41,116 bases of DNA from Sandaracinaceae bacterium (GCA_044220955.1 JBGAQA010000043.1:6342-47457), one strand, 5' to 3'; positions 25,500 to 34,267 are shown, counted from the stretch's first letter. Made by a program: numbers and translations. The notes: generated by a model from the letters alone, not told the origin.

Positions 25500-25582
25500 G
25501 TCGGCTCGCGCCTCCGGCCGCTCCCGTCCGCGCGCTGCGCGCGCTCCCGTCCGCGCCCTCCGGAGCGAGCACTCCTGCCGAC
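25500..25582. repeat. REP-like structured intergenic element
   Basis: Inverted arms gtcggc/gccgac, gctcgc/gcgagc and ctccgg/ccggag enclosing a 15-bp direct repeat CGCTCCCGTCCGCGC (25519-25533, 25542-25556). Confidence 0.6.
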
Positions 25583-27025
25583 TCACACCGCGGACTCGCG
25601 GCGGGGGACGATGCGCGACAGCTGCGGGTCGAGGTGCGCGTCGACCAGCGGGGCCAGGCGCGCGCGCAGAGCGTCGCGCTGCGCGCGGAGCGCCTCGAGC
25701 TCGCCCTTGAGCGCCATCATCCTCGTCAGGACGCGCAGGCCGTGGCGCACGACGGCCTGCTTCTCGAGGACGCGGATCGCCGCGAGGCCCGACGTGATCA
25801 GCAGCGCCAGCACGAGCGCGGCGCGCAGCGCGCCGCCCGGCGTCGGGTCCCAGGCGAGCACGGCGCCGGCGAGGCCGAGGTAGACGACCATCACGCTGCC
25901 GGTGCCGATCATCATGCGCATCGTCGCGCGCACGTCGTCGCGCTCGAGCACCATCTCGCCCGCACGCGTCGCGCCCCACAGGATCGGCGTGAGGAGCACG
26001 AGGCCGGGGAGGGCGAGCGGTACGTCGACCATCAAGAGCACGACGTGGCGCGCGATGCGGCGCGTCCAGTCCCAGCGCGAGATCGGCTTGCGCAGGTCCC
26101 AGTCGGAGAGGTCGAGCGCGTCGAGCAGCGCCAGGTACGCCGAGACGTCGACGTAGAACTGCTTCACCTCCGCCACGTCGCGCTTCACCTCCCAGTGCGA
26201 GACGAGCCGCCGGACCAGCTCGGCCTCGTCGGCCAGCGAGAGCTCGCGCGTGTCGGGGACGTAGAGGCGCCGCACGCCGTCGAGCACCTTCAGCGTGTCG
26301 AAGTCGTCGGCGTTGATCGTCAGCGCCCGCATCGCGAGCTCGACGGCGTCAGTCAGCGCGTGCGCGGCCTCGCGCGGATCCTTCTTCCAGCGCTCGAGCC
26401 AGCTCGCGTCGAGCGCGATGGGGCGGCCGTACTGCACGAGCACGCGGCCGCGGTAGTGCTGCTTGCGGCGGTACGAGAGGCCGACCGGGACGATCACGAC
26501 CGGGATCCCGTCCGCCACCGCCGAGAGCGCCATGCGCGCCGCGCCCGTCTTGAGCGGCTGCAGCTCCGGCTCCGTGTAGCTCACGCCCTCGGGGAAGATG
26601 CCGAACGCGTTGCCGGCGGCGAGCAGCGCGTGGATCGCGCGGAACGCCTCCGCGTTGTCGGTCGCGCCGCCGGCGAGAGCCGAGTGCCCGGCCTGCCGGG
26701 AGGACACAATCGTGTCGGGTCCGCTCTGCGGACCACTCCGCTCGTGATCTTGCTTCCGCTTGATCGGCACGCTGCCGAGCGCCCAGAGGATGGGCCGCAG
26801 GTGCGGCATCGAGAAGAGGCCGTCGCGCGCCGCGAAGCTGACGCGGCGAGGGCAGGTCGTGGAGATGAGCACCGGGTCGACGAGCGAGTTCGGGTGGTTG
26901 CCCACGAACATCACGGGGCCGCCCGCCGGGACGTGGTCCTGGCCGACGACCTCGACCGTGCGGAAGAAGACCCGCGTGACGAGCCGCAAGAACGCGACCA
27001 GGAGCCGGTAGACGAAGGCCTGCAT
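25583..27025 (-). CDS. Lysophospholipid/glycerol-3-phosphate acyltransferase family membrane protein
   Basis: NHPNSLVD (HX4D), IFPEG, LKTGAAR, IVPVGLSY; C-terminal TM helices; start MQAFVYR at 27025. Confidence 0.9.
   Translation of the reverse strand: MQAFVYRLLVAFLRLVTRVFFRTVEVVGQDHVPAGGPVMFVGNHPNSLVDPVLISTTCPRRVSFAARDGLFSMPHLRPILWALGSVPIKRKQDHERSGPQSGPDTIVSSRQAGHSALAGGATDNAEAFRAIHALLAAGNAFGIFPEGVSYTEPELQPLKTGAARMALSAVADGIPVVIVPVGLSYRRKQHYRGRVLVQYGRPIALDASWLERWKKDPREAAHALTDAVELAMRALTINADDFDTLKVLDGVRRLYVPDTRELSLADEAELVRRLVSHWEVKRDVAEVKQFYVDVSAYLALLDALDLSDWDLRKPISRWDWTRRIARHVVLLMVDVPLALPGLVLLTPILWGATRAGEMVLERDDVRATMRMMIGTGSVMVVYLGLAGAVLAWDPTPGGALRAALVLALLITSGLAAIRVLEKQAVVRHGLRVLTRMMALKGELEALRAQRDALRARLAPLVDAHLDPQLSRIVPRRESAV
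26677..26743. repeat. Palindromic four-way-junction element inserted in frame in the acyltransferase gene
   Basis: Outer stem gagc-c-gagt/actc-c-gctc enclosing hairpins cccggc/gccggg, gacac/gtgtc and ggtccgc/gcggacc; encodes ERSGPQSGPDTIVSSRQAGHSAL with atypical codons. Confidence 0.75.
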
Positions 27026-27055
27026 TCCGGGAGCGGCGATGGTACAGGCTCCCTC

Positions 27056-27673
27056 GTGTGGGCGGCGAAGCAGGCGTTCCTCGTTCACGGCATGGGCCGC
27101 TCGCCGCGCTCGCTCCTGCTCCTGGCGATGCGGCTCGAGCGCGCGGGGATCCACACGTCGCGCTTCGGCTACTCGGTCCTCTCGCACGACCTCGACGAGA
27201 TCGCGGAGCGCTTCCGCCGCCACGTGCACGAGCGTGCGACCGGGTCCTACGCGATCGTCGGGCACTCGCTCGGCAACGTGATCGCGCGGATGGCGAGCCC
27301 GCGCCTGCCGCCGGGGCTCACGCACCTCGCGATGCTCGCGCCACCGAACCGCCCGCCGCGCCTGGCGCTCGCGCTCGAGAAGCACCCCCTCTATCGGGTG
27401 CTGACGCGCGACGCGGGCCAGCGGCTCGCGAACGCCGCCTTCTACGAGTCACTGCCGGTGCCCGCGGTGCCGACGCTCGTGTTCGCGGGGACGGTCGGGC
27501 CGCGCGCGCGCTGGCTCCCCTTCGCGGGCGCGGCCTCGGACGGCGTCGTGGCGGTGGACGAGACGCACCTGCCGGGCGCGGAGCACCGCGAGGTGCCGGT
27601 GATCCACACGCTGATCATGAACGACGCGCGCGTGGCGTCCGAGATCACGCGATTCCTCCGGGCCGGGTCGTGA
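27056..27673 (+). CDS. Alpha/beta hydrolase (esterase/lipase)
   Basis: LVHGMG oxyanion motif, GHSLG nucleophile elbow, MLAPPN, SDGVV, IHT; probable GTG start at 27056. Confidence 0.85.
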   Translation: MWAAKQAFLVHGMGRSPRSLLLLAMRLERAGIHTSRFGYSVLSHDLDEIAERFRRHVHERATGSYAIVGHSLGNVIARMASPRLPPGLTHLAMLAPPNRPPRLALALEKHPLYRVLTRDAGQRLANAAFYESLPVPAVPTLVFAGTVGPRARWLPFAGAASDGVVAVDETHLPGAEHREVPVIHTLIMNDARVASEITRFLRAGS

Positions 27674-28422
27674 GAGCGGCAGCGCTCGCCGCCGGGCTCA
27701 CGCTCGGTCTCTGCGCGACCGGCTGCTACTTCTCGCGCTCGCCCTCGCGGCCCGTTCCGGCGCTGCTCGCGCACGCGCGGGAGGGGCACACCGAGCGCTG
27801 CCTCGTCGTGTTCCTCCCCGGGCTCCTCGACGGGCCGGACTCGTTCCTCGAGCACGGCATGGTGCGCGACCTGCGGCAGAGCGGCGCGCCCTGCGACGCG
27901 GTGATGGTGGATCTGCACTACCGCTACTTCTTCGGCGGGCAGGCCAGTGCCGTGCTCTACGAGGACGTGATCTCGCCTGCGCTCGCGCGTGGCTACGAGG
28001 AGATCTGGCTCGTCGGGATCTCGCTCGGCGGCATGGGCGCGACGCTGCTCGCGCGCGAGCACGGCGAGGCGATCACGGGGATCATCCTGCTCTCGCCCTT
28101 CCTCGGCATCGAACCGATCCGCTCGGAGGTGATGGCGGCGGGGCTGCGCGACTGGGATCCGGGGCCGCTGCCCTCGGCGATCGACGACGCCACGTTCACG
28201 CGCTTCGTATGGGCCTGGCTCCGCGGGTACGTCGACGACGCGGACGAGATGCCGCCGATGTACGTCGGCTGGGCCGAGGGCGAGACGCAGGAGCCGCCGT
28301 CACGCACGCTCGCGGCCGTGCTCCCGGAGGACCACCACGCGACGGTCGAGGGCCGGCACGACTGGGACGCGTGGACGCAGCTGTTCCGGGTGCTCGTGGC
28401 GCGGGCGAGGCCGGGGCGCTAG
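27670..28422 (+). CDS. Alpha/beta hydrolase lipoprotein
   Basis: GTGA overlap; lipobox ATG-C; VFLPG, GISLG, LLSPFLG, GRHDW. Confidence 0.85.
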   Translation: MRAAALAAGLTLGLCATGCYFSRSPSRPVPALLAHAREGHTERCLVVFLPGLLDGPDSFLEHGMVRDLRQSGAPCDAVMVDLHYRYFFGGQASAVLYEDVISPALARGYEEIWLVGISLGGMGATLLAREHGEAITGIILLSPFLGIEPIRSEVMAAGLRDWDPGPLPSAIDDATFTRFVWAWLRGYVDDADEMPPMYVGWAEGETQEPPSRTLAAVLPEDHHATVEGRHDWDAWTQLFRVLVARARPGR

Positions 28423-28438
28423 AGGGCGAGAGCGAGCC

Positions 28439-29680
28439 TCACCCCTTCACGCAGACCACCTGCTTCAGCGTGTGCACGATCTCCACCAGGTCGCGCTGCG
28501 CCTTCATGACCGCGTCGATGTCCTTGTAGGCCGCGGGCGTCTCGTCGATCACGTCCTTGTCCTTGCGGCACTCGACGCCCTCGGTGGCCTCGCGGTGGTC
28601 CTTGAGCGTGAAGCTCTGCTTGGCCTGCGTGCGGCTCATCTTCCGCCCCGCGCCGTGCGAGCAGCTCTGCCAGCTCTCGGCGTTGCCGAGGCCGCGGACG
28701 ATGAAGCTCTTGGCGCCCATCGAGCCCGGGATGATGCCCAGCTCGCCTGCGCCCGCGCGCACCGCGCCCTTGCGCGTGATCCACACCTCGACGCCGCCGT
28801 GCGTCTCCTTCTGCACGTAGTTGTGGTGGCAGTTCACGGCGAGCTCGTCGGTGGCGAAGCGCACGCGCACCTCGTCCTTCACGGCCTTCACCACCGCCGC
28901 CATCATCAGGCGGCGGTTCCACGCGGCGTAGTCCTGCGCCCAGCCCACGGCCTCGACGTAGTCGTCGAACCACGGCGTGCCCTCCTCGAGCCACGAGAGG
29001 TCGCGGTCGGGCAGGCGCGCGTCCTTGCGCTGCATCTCCTCGCGCGCGCGCTCGATGAAGTACGTCCCCGTGCGGTTGCCGACGCCGCGCGAGCCGGAGT
29101 GCAGCATCAGCCACACGCGGCTCGCCTCGTCGAGGCAGACCTCGATGAAGTGGTTGCCGCCGCCGAGCGTGCCGAGCTGCTCGGCAGTCGCTCCGCGGAC
29201 GAGCTTGCCGTGCTTGGCGGTGATGCTCTTCCAGCGCGGCGCGAGCTCGTCGTCCCACGTGCGCGCCACCGCTCCCGGCACGTCGCGCCAGGCGCCCTTG
29301 TCGTTCTTGCCGCCGTTGTCGCTGCGGCCGTGCGGCACCGCGCGCTCGATCGCGTCACGCACGTTGCCGAGCGAGCGCGGCAGGTCGTTCGCGTCCATCG
29401 ACGTGCGCACCGCCATCATGCCGCAGCCGATGTCGACGCCGACCGCGGCCGGGATGATGGCGCCCCTCGTCGGCAGGACCGTGCCCACCGTGGCGCCGAT
29501 GCCGACGTGCACGTCGGGCATCACCGCGACGTGGCCGTGCACGATCGGCAGCATCGCCGTCTTGCGCAGCTGCACCTCCGCCGCACTCTCGACGAACACG
29601 CCGCGAGTCCACGCCTTGATGGGGACGCCAGGGCTCGCGATCTCGATCGGCCCCCGCTCTTCGGTGTCCTCTCTGCTCAA
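28439..29680 (-). CDS. rtcB: RNA-splicing/repair ligase RtcB
   Basis: MPDVH.G.GATVG, GVDIGCGM, LGTLGGGNHFIE, LHSGSRG, CHHNY, RKGA, IPGSMG, SCSHGAGR, DETPAAYKDI; TTG start at 29680 overlapping the upstream stop (TTGA). Confidence 0.95.
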   Translation of the reverse strand: MSREDTEERGPIEIASPGVPIKAWTRGVFVESAAEVQLRKTAMLPIVHGHVAVMPDVHVGIGATVGTVLPTRGAIIPAAVGVDIGCGMMAVRTSMDANDLPRSLGNVRDAIERAVPHGRSDNGGKNDKGAWRDVPGAVARTWDDELAPRWKSITAKHGKLVRGATAEQLGTLGGGNHFIEVCLDEASRVWLMLHSGSRGVGNRTGTYFIERAREEMQRKDARLPDRDLSWLEEGTPWFDDYVEAVGWAQDYAAWNRRLMMAAVVKAVKDEVRVRFATDELAVNCHHNYVQKETHGGVEVWITRKGAVRAGAGELGIIPGSMGAKSFIVRGLGNAESWQSCSHGAGRKMSRTQAKQSFTLKDHREATEGVECRKDKDVIDETPAAYKDIDAVMKAQRDLVEIVHTLKQVVCVKG

Positions 29681-30507
29681 CGCCCGACGTGCTGCATGTA
29701 GACGGGCGAGTTGCCCTCGCAGCCGCCGGAGCTCGTGATGTTCTGGCCCGTGAACGTGGTGCCGTCGGGACCGAGCTGCATGATGTACTGGTCGGTGGCG
29801 CAGAAGCCGCCGCCGGGGCCGGGGTACACGTTGAAGAGCTGCGTGTCGCGGCCGATGAGCAGCCCGCGCTGCACGTCCCAGGTGCCGTCGATGGTCGAGT
29901 CCACCGAGCCGCCGCCCGACTCGAAGTGGATGAAGCCGCGGATGGTGCGGCAGTCCCCCATGACCTCGACCTGCATCGTCGCGCGGGCGCTCGGGTCGCT
30001 CGAGATGTTGCCCACCCAGGTGCCGTCGATGACGTGGCAGTGGGGGTCGTCGTAGCCGCCGACCGAGCCGACGAACTGCGTGCTGCCCGTGACGGCGATG
30101 TGGAACGTGGTCGAGAACTGCTGCCCGTTGAGGAAGTACACGGTGACGGTGCCGGTGGTGACGCCCACCGGGACACGGAGCGCCATGCGGCCGAACGCGG
30201 CCTGCACGAGGTCGGCGCGCGTGAGCTGGATGACCTGGCCGCTGTCCGTCTGGATGACGATCTGCGCGACCTGATCGACCATCGCGACGGCCTCGGCCGG
30301 GATGTAGAGGAGCTGCCCGCTCACGTCGACGCTGGTCGTGGCGGTGGTGGTCCGCGTGTCGGCGATGACGACGCCGCTGCCCGTGCGGCTGCCGCCCGAG
30401 GAGACCGGCACCTGAACCTCGGTCTCCACGATGCGCGCGCGCCGCGTGCAGCCCGATGCCGAGAAGAGGGCGAGGGCCGCGGCGAGTGTGAGGAAGAGAG
30501 CGCGCAT
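29677..30507 (-). CDS. Lipoprotein with an IPT/TIG-like segment and a beta-rich C-terminal domain
   Basis: GGAGG RBS; MRALFLTLAAALALFSASG-C; LRVPVGVTTGTVTV; beta-strand-rich domain with four Cys. Confidence 0.8.
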   Translation of the reverse strand: MRALFLTLAAALALFSASGCTRRARIVETEVQVPVSSGGSRTGSGVVIADTRTTTATTSVDVSGQLLYIPAEAVAMVDQVAQIVIQTDSGQVIQLTRADLVQAAFGRMALRVPVGVTTGTVTVYFLNGQQFSTTFHIAVTGSTQFVGSVGGYDDPHCHVIDGTWVGNISSDPSARATMQVEVMGDCRTIRGFIHFESGGGSVDSTIDGTWDVQRGLLIGRDTQLFNVYPGPGGGFCATDQYIMQLGPDGTTFTGQNITSSGGCEGNSPVYMQHVGR

Positions 30508-30604
30508 GAGGAGCCTCCGAGGCAGGGATGGTACCCGCATTCGAGCGTACGCGCGGGTGGGACCGTCTGTTCCCCGCGGGCATTGGGCGGCACAATGACG
30601 TCGC

Positions 30605-31732
30605 ATGCTGCGTCGAAGCGCTCTGCCGGCCGCGCTCGCCCTCGGGCTCGCGGCACCGCGCGCCTCCGGGCAGGCGTCCATGGTCCCGGAGTGGCTCGCG
30701 CGCGACGCCGCAGTCCTCAGCGGTCAGCGCGAGGGGACGCTGCCGGGGGTCGAGAGCCTGTACGCCGCCGCGTCCGCCGCGGCCACGCACGTCGACGAGC
30801 TCGCGGGCGCGCTGCTCGTCTGCCACGTCGCGACGAGCGAGAGCGGGCCGCGCGGACGCTGGGACTCGTTCGCCGATCCGGATCTGCGGATCGAGCTCCG
30901 CGCCGGACGCTCGCATGGGACCGCGTGGGGGCCCGAGAACGCGATGACGGCCTACGTCTCGTTCGCCGGTGTGACGCTCCGGACCGGCGACGCGATCGAG
31001 GTGCGCGTCTGGGATCGCGACGTGACGGGAGACGAGCGCATCGACACGCTGCGCGGGCGCTTCGACGGATCGCTACCGCTCGCGCTCTCGCACGAGGCGA
31101 CCTCGATCACGTGCGGGCAGATCGATGCGGCGCGGGCGGCACGCGAGGCTGCCTCGGCGCTCGTGCGCGCCGAGGCCGCGCTCGGGGCGGTCGAGGCGGC
31201 GACGCCCTCGCTGACCGACGCCGGGCTCGGCCGGCCGGCGCGCGAGGACACGCAGGCGTCGGGTGATGTCGCGCTGGCCATGGCGTGGGCGGGCGTTCGC
31301 GACCCACGCGCGCGTGCCGTCCGCGATCGACTCACCGCGGCGCGGGCATCGTTCGATCGCGCGCTCGGCGCAGCGGTCCGCGAGGCCCGGGCGAGCAGGG
31401 GCGCGGGACCGGTGCCGATCCCTGGGACGAGCACCACGGTCCGGCTCGAGGGCACCTTGACGGCGGCGCGCGCCATCCGCGCGCAGTACCCCGACGCGCC
31501 GCAGCCGATCTCCGCCGTGATCGAGCTCGTGCTCGAGCCGCCGGCGAGCGAGCCCGCCGCCGTGCTGGGCACGCCCGACGTGGTCGACTCGCGCGGGATC
31601 GCGTGGAGCACGCTCGCGCCGGTGCGCTCGCCGGGCGATCCGGCGCGCGTCGGGCTACCGGTCACCGGACGCCCCGCGGGAGGCGTCCTGCGCGTCGGGA
31701 CCGGGATCCGCGCACTGCTGGTCGCGCGCTGA
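30605..31732 (+). CDS. Secreted protein with a C2-like domain
   Basis: Signal peptide; WDSFADPDLRIEL...LRTGDAIEVRVWDRDVTGDERI matches the C2 Asp pattern; followed by an Ala-rich helical region. Confidence 0.7.
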   Translation: MLRRSALPAALALGLAAPRASGQASMVPEWLARDAAVLSGQREGTLPGVESLYAAASAAATHVDELAGALLVCHVATSESGPRGRWDSFADPDLRIELRAGRSHGTAWGPENAMTAYVSFAGVTLRTGDAIEVRVWDRDVTGDERIDTLRGRFDGSLPLALSHEATSITCGQIDAARAAREAASALVRAEAALGAVEAATPSLTDAGLGRPAREDTQASGDVALAMAWAGVRDPRARAVRDRLTAARASFDRALGAAVREARASRGAGPVPIPGTSTTVRLEGTLTAARAIRAQYPDAPQPISAVIELVLEPPASEPAAVLGTPDVVDSRGIAWSTLAPVRSPGDPARVGLPVTGRPAGGVLRVGTGIRALLVAR

Positions 31733-31798
31733 GGCGGACGGGGCCGGGCACGCACGAATCGCGCACCTTGCCGCCAGTGCGTAATGATTTCGAGTGGT

Positions 31799-31864
31799 TG
31801 AGACCCCGTGGAGTGACCCCGCTGGCTGACCCCGCTGAGACCCCGTGGAGTGACCCCGCTGGCT
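31799..31864. repeat. GACCCCG tandem array (two 29-bp direct repeats) between convergent genes
   Basis: TGAGACCCCGTGGAGTGACCCCGCTGGCT at 31799-31827 and 31836-31864; GACCCCG at 31802, 31815, 31828, 31839 and 31852. Confidence 0.9.
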
Positions 31865-34205
31865 AGTCGGTGCCGTCGGCCTGGGCGGGGCGGGAGGCGC
31901 CGGCGTAGCCGAGCTGCTCCAGCTCCCGGCGGGTCGTGTCGTCGATCACCGCCGCCTCGGCGCCGATGGTGCGGTGGCTGCCGTGCTCGACGCCCGCGAG
32001 GTAGAGGCCGAGCAGGCCGCGCGCGTAGCGCACCGCGATCGGGCGATCGGCGGCGAGGTCGTGCAGCTCGCCGGGGTCGTCCGTGGTGTCGTAGAGGAGC
32101 ACCGTGCGCTCGGTGCGCTGCACCAGCTTGAGGCGGCCGACGTTGATCGCGCGCCAGCCCTCCATGAAGCCGGTCACCGCGGCGCGCGGCGCGTCGCTCG
32201 CCTCGCCGAGCAGCTCGGGAAGGAACGACTGCCCGCTCAGATCGCTCGGGATCGGCCGGCCCATCGCCTCGTAGAGCGTGGGGAGCACGTCGACGAGCCC
32301 GACGACCTCGTCCACGCGCGCGTCCTCGCTCGACCCGTCCGTCACGCCCGGGATGCGGACGATCAGCGGAACGTGGATGAGCTCCTCGAAGACGCTGTGG
32401 CCGTGGCCGACCGAGCCGTGATCCCAGAACTCCTCGCCGTGGTCGGCGGTGAACACGACCATGGTGTCGTCGGCGAGGCCGCGGCTCGCGAGGCCATCGA
32501 CGATCCCGCCGAAGTGCGTGTCGTGGTAGCTGATCTCGCCGTCGTAGAGCGCCTCGAGGTGCTCGCGGTCGCGCTCACCGAGCGTGAGCGAGCCGGACTT
32601 CACGTGCTCGAGCAGCTCGCGGTCTCGCCCGAAGTCGACCACGCCCTCGTAGGGGAGCGGATCGTAGAGCGCCAGCTCGGCGGAGGGCGGCATGTACGGC
32701 ACGTGCGGGTCGACCGTGTGCACGTAGAGGAAGAACGGGCGATCCGCGGGTCGGTGGTCGAGCCAGTCGAGCACGTCGTGCGCGACGAACTCGGCCTGGT
32801 TGCGCAGGCCCTCGCGCACGTAGTTGCGGAACGTGCGCCAGCCCTGCCGGAACCCGAACCGATCGGAGCAGAAGCCGTTCGCGACGAAGGCCCCCGTGTG
32901 GAAGCCCTCGCGACCGAGGCGCTCGCTGATCAGGTCGACGTCGCCGGGGACGACCGCCTCCTCGCTCGTCGCGTGGTGCTCCCACGGATAGAGGCCGGAG
33001 AGCAGCGTCGCGACCGAGGGCTTGGTCCAGTTCTCCTGTCCGTGGCCGCGCGTGAGCACGGCCGCGCCGTGGGCCCATGCGTCGAGCCGCGGCGTGCGCA
33101 CGCGGGTCGCGGGCCGGTAGGGCCGGAGCTTGTCCGCGCGGAGCGTGTCCGTGAGGTAGACGATCACGTTACGCACGTGCGGCCGCGGCCGCGGCGGCGT
33201 TCCGTCCAGCGTCACGACCGCCGGGGTCGTGAACCGGGGCGTGCCGCCGCGCGCGCGCAGGTCGAGCCGCACGATCGAGCCCTCGACGGAGGTCAGCGCC
33301 AGATCGACCTCCGCGCCCTCGCTCGAGGCTGCGATGGCCCCCAACGACGCATCCGGTGCGCCGTCGCGCACCGCGACCACCTCGAGCGTGCCCGTGCCCC
33401 GCAGCCGTCCGCGAAGGCGGGCGCCCGCGGGCACCTCCATCGCGTAGCCCAGCGACCAGCCGTCCGGGATCACGAGCGCACGCGCGCTGCCCTCGCCCGT
33501 CGCGAGCTCGGCCGGCGAGGGCGGCGGGACCCCTGCGTGCGGATCGCCCTCGGGCCCTACGCGCATCCAGTCGATGAGCACGCCCGCGCTCCCGACGCCC
33601 GCGACGCTGCCCGTGCGCGGGACGCGGAGCTGCACGATGTTCTCGCCTCGATGCACGGCCTCGGCCGGCAGCACGACGGTCGCGCTGCCGTACTCCGCCG
33701 TCGGGAGGGTCGCGTGCCCGAGCGTCTGCCCGCCGACGTAGACGGTGGCGCGCCCGTCGGCCGCCGCGCGCGCGTGCAGCTCGATCGCCAGCGGACCGTC
33801 ACGATCCGAGGGCGCGAGCACGAAGCCGGTCACGTTCTCGATCGCGCTCGCGGTGACCTCGCCGTCGCGCACGTCGTCGCCGACGCGCGTCCGCCAGCCC
33901 CCGAGCGTGTACTTGGCCGCACCCGGTGTGCCGAAGTCGATGACGAGGGTGTCGCCGTGGCGGAGCTCGGCGCGGGGGAGGTGGGCGGCGAGGTCGTAGC
34001 GGACGCGGGGGGCGCGGGGAGCGCCGGGATCGGGGCCGCGCTCGGGATCGGGCACGGGATCGGGGCCGGCCGCGGGATCGGGGGCCGGCTCTGCCACGAG
34101 CTCCGGCTGGGCGGGTCCCGAGCACGCGATCGCGGCACCGACCGAGGCGCACGCCGCCACGCCCAAGAGCAGGGAAACTCGCCGGATCCGCCCGTGGGTC
34201 GCCAC
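31863..34205 (-). CDS. Sulfatase-like hydrolase/transferase lipoprotein (alkaline phosphatase superfamily)
   Basis: Lipobox AIA-C; PDP repeats; beta-rich N-terminal domains; NVIVYLTDTLRAD, WTKPSVATLLSG, DPHVPY, YDGEI, ADHGEEF..HG..GHG, LEQLGY. Confidence 0.9.
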   Translation of the reverse strand: MATHGRIRRVSLLLGVAACASVGAAIACSGPAQPELVAEPAPDPAAGPDPVPDPERGPDPGAPRAPRVRYDLAAHLPRAELRHGDTLVIDFGTPGAAKYTLGGWRTRVGDDVRDGEVTASAIENVTGFVLAPSDRDGPLAIELHARAAADGRATVYVGGQTLGHATLPTAEYGSATVVLPAEAVHRGENIVQLRVPRTGSVAGVGSAGVLIDWMRVGPEGDPHAGVPPPSPAELATGEGSARALVIPDGWSLGYAMEVPAGARLRGRLRGTGTLEVVAVRDGAPDASLGAIAASSEGAEVDLALTSVEGSIVRLDLRARGGTPRFTTPAVVTLDGTPPRPRPHVRNVIVYLTDTLRADKLRPYRPATRVRTPRLDAWAHGAAVLTRGHGQENWTKPSVATLLSGLYPWEHHATSEEAVVPGDVDLISERLGREGFHTGAFVANGFCSDRFGFRQGWRTFRNYVREGLRNQAEFVAHDVLDWLDHRPADRPFFLYVHTVDPHVPYMPPSAELALYDPLPYEGVVDFGRDRELLEHVKSGSLTLGERDREHLEALYDGEISYHDTHFGGIVDGLASRGLADDTMVVFTADHGEEFWDHGSVGHGHSVFEELIHVPLIVRIPGVTDGSSEDARVDEVVGLVDVLPTLYEAMGRPIPSDLSGQSFLPELLGEASDAPRAAVTGFMEGWRAINVGRLKLVQRTERTVLLYDTTDDPGELHDLAADRPIAVRYARGLLGLYLAGVEHGSHRTIGAEAAVIDDTTRRELEQLGYAGASRPAQADGTD

Positions 34206-34267
34206 GGCGGCCGAGCGTAACCGGTTCCCCGGTCCCGGCCAGCGGTCGTCCCGGGCGCGCCGACAGG

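Noticed and set aside
26677..26743. tRNA or tRNA pseudogene within the acyltransferase gene
   Set aside because: Cloverleaf-like, but the loops are 2-4 nt, with no TTC T-loop or 7-nt anticodon loop on either strand.
28439..30916. 825-aa RtcB fusion from the ORF track
   Set aside because: The N-terminal ~410 aa are Arg-rich shadow translation overlapping the real lipoprotein gene in another frame; RtcB similarity starts near 29680. No intein is evident either.
31799..31864. CRISPR array (29-bp repeats)
   Set aside because: Only two copies, separated by 8 bp that are themselves a repeat sub-unit; no unique spacers and no cas genes.
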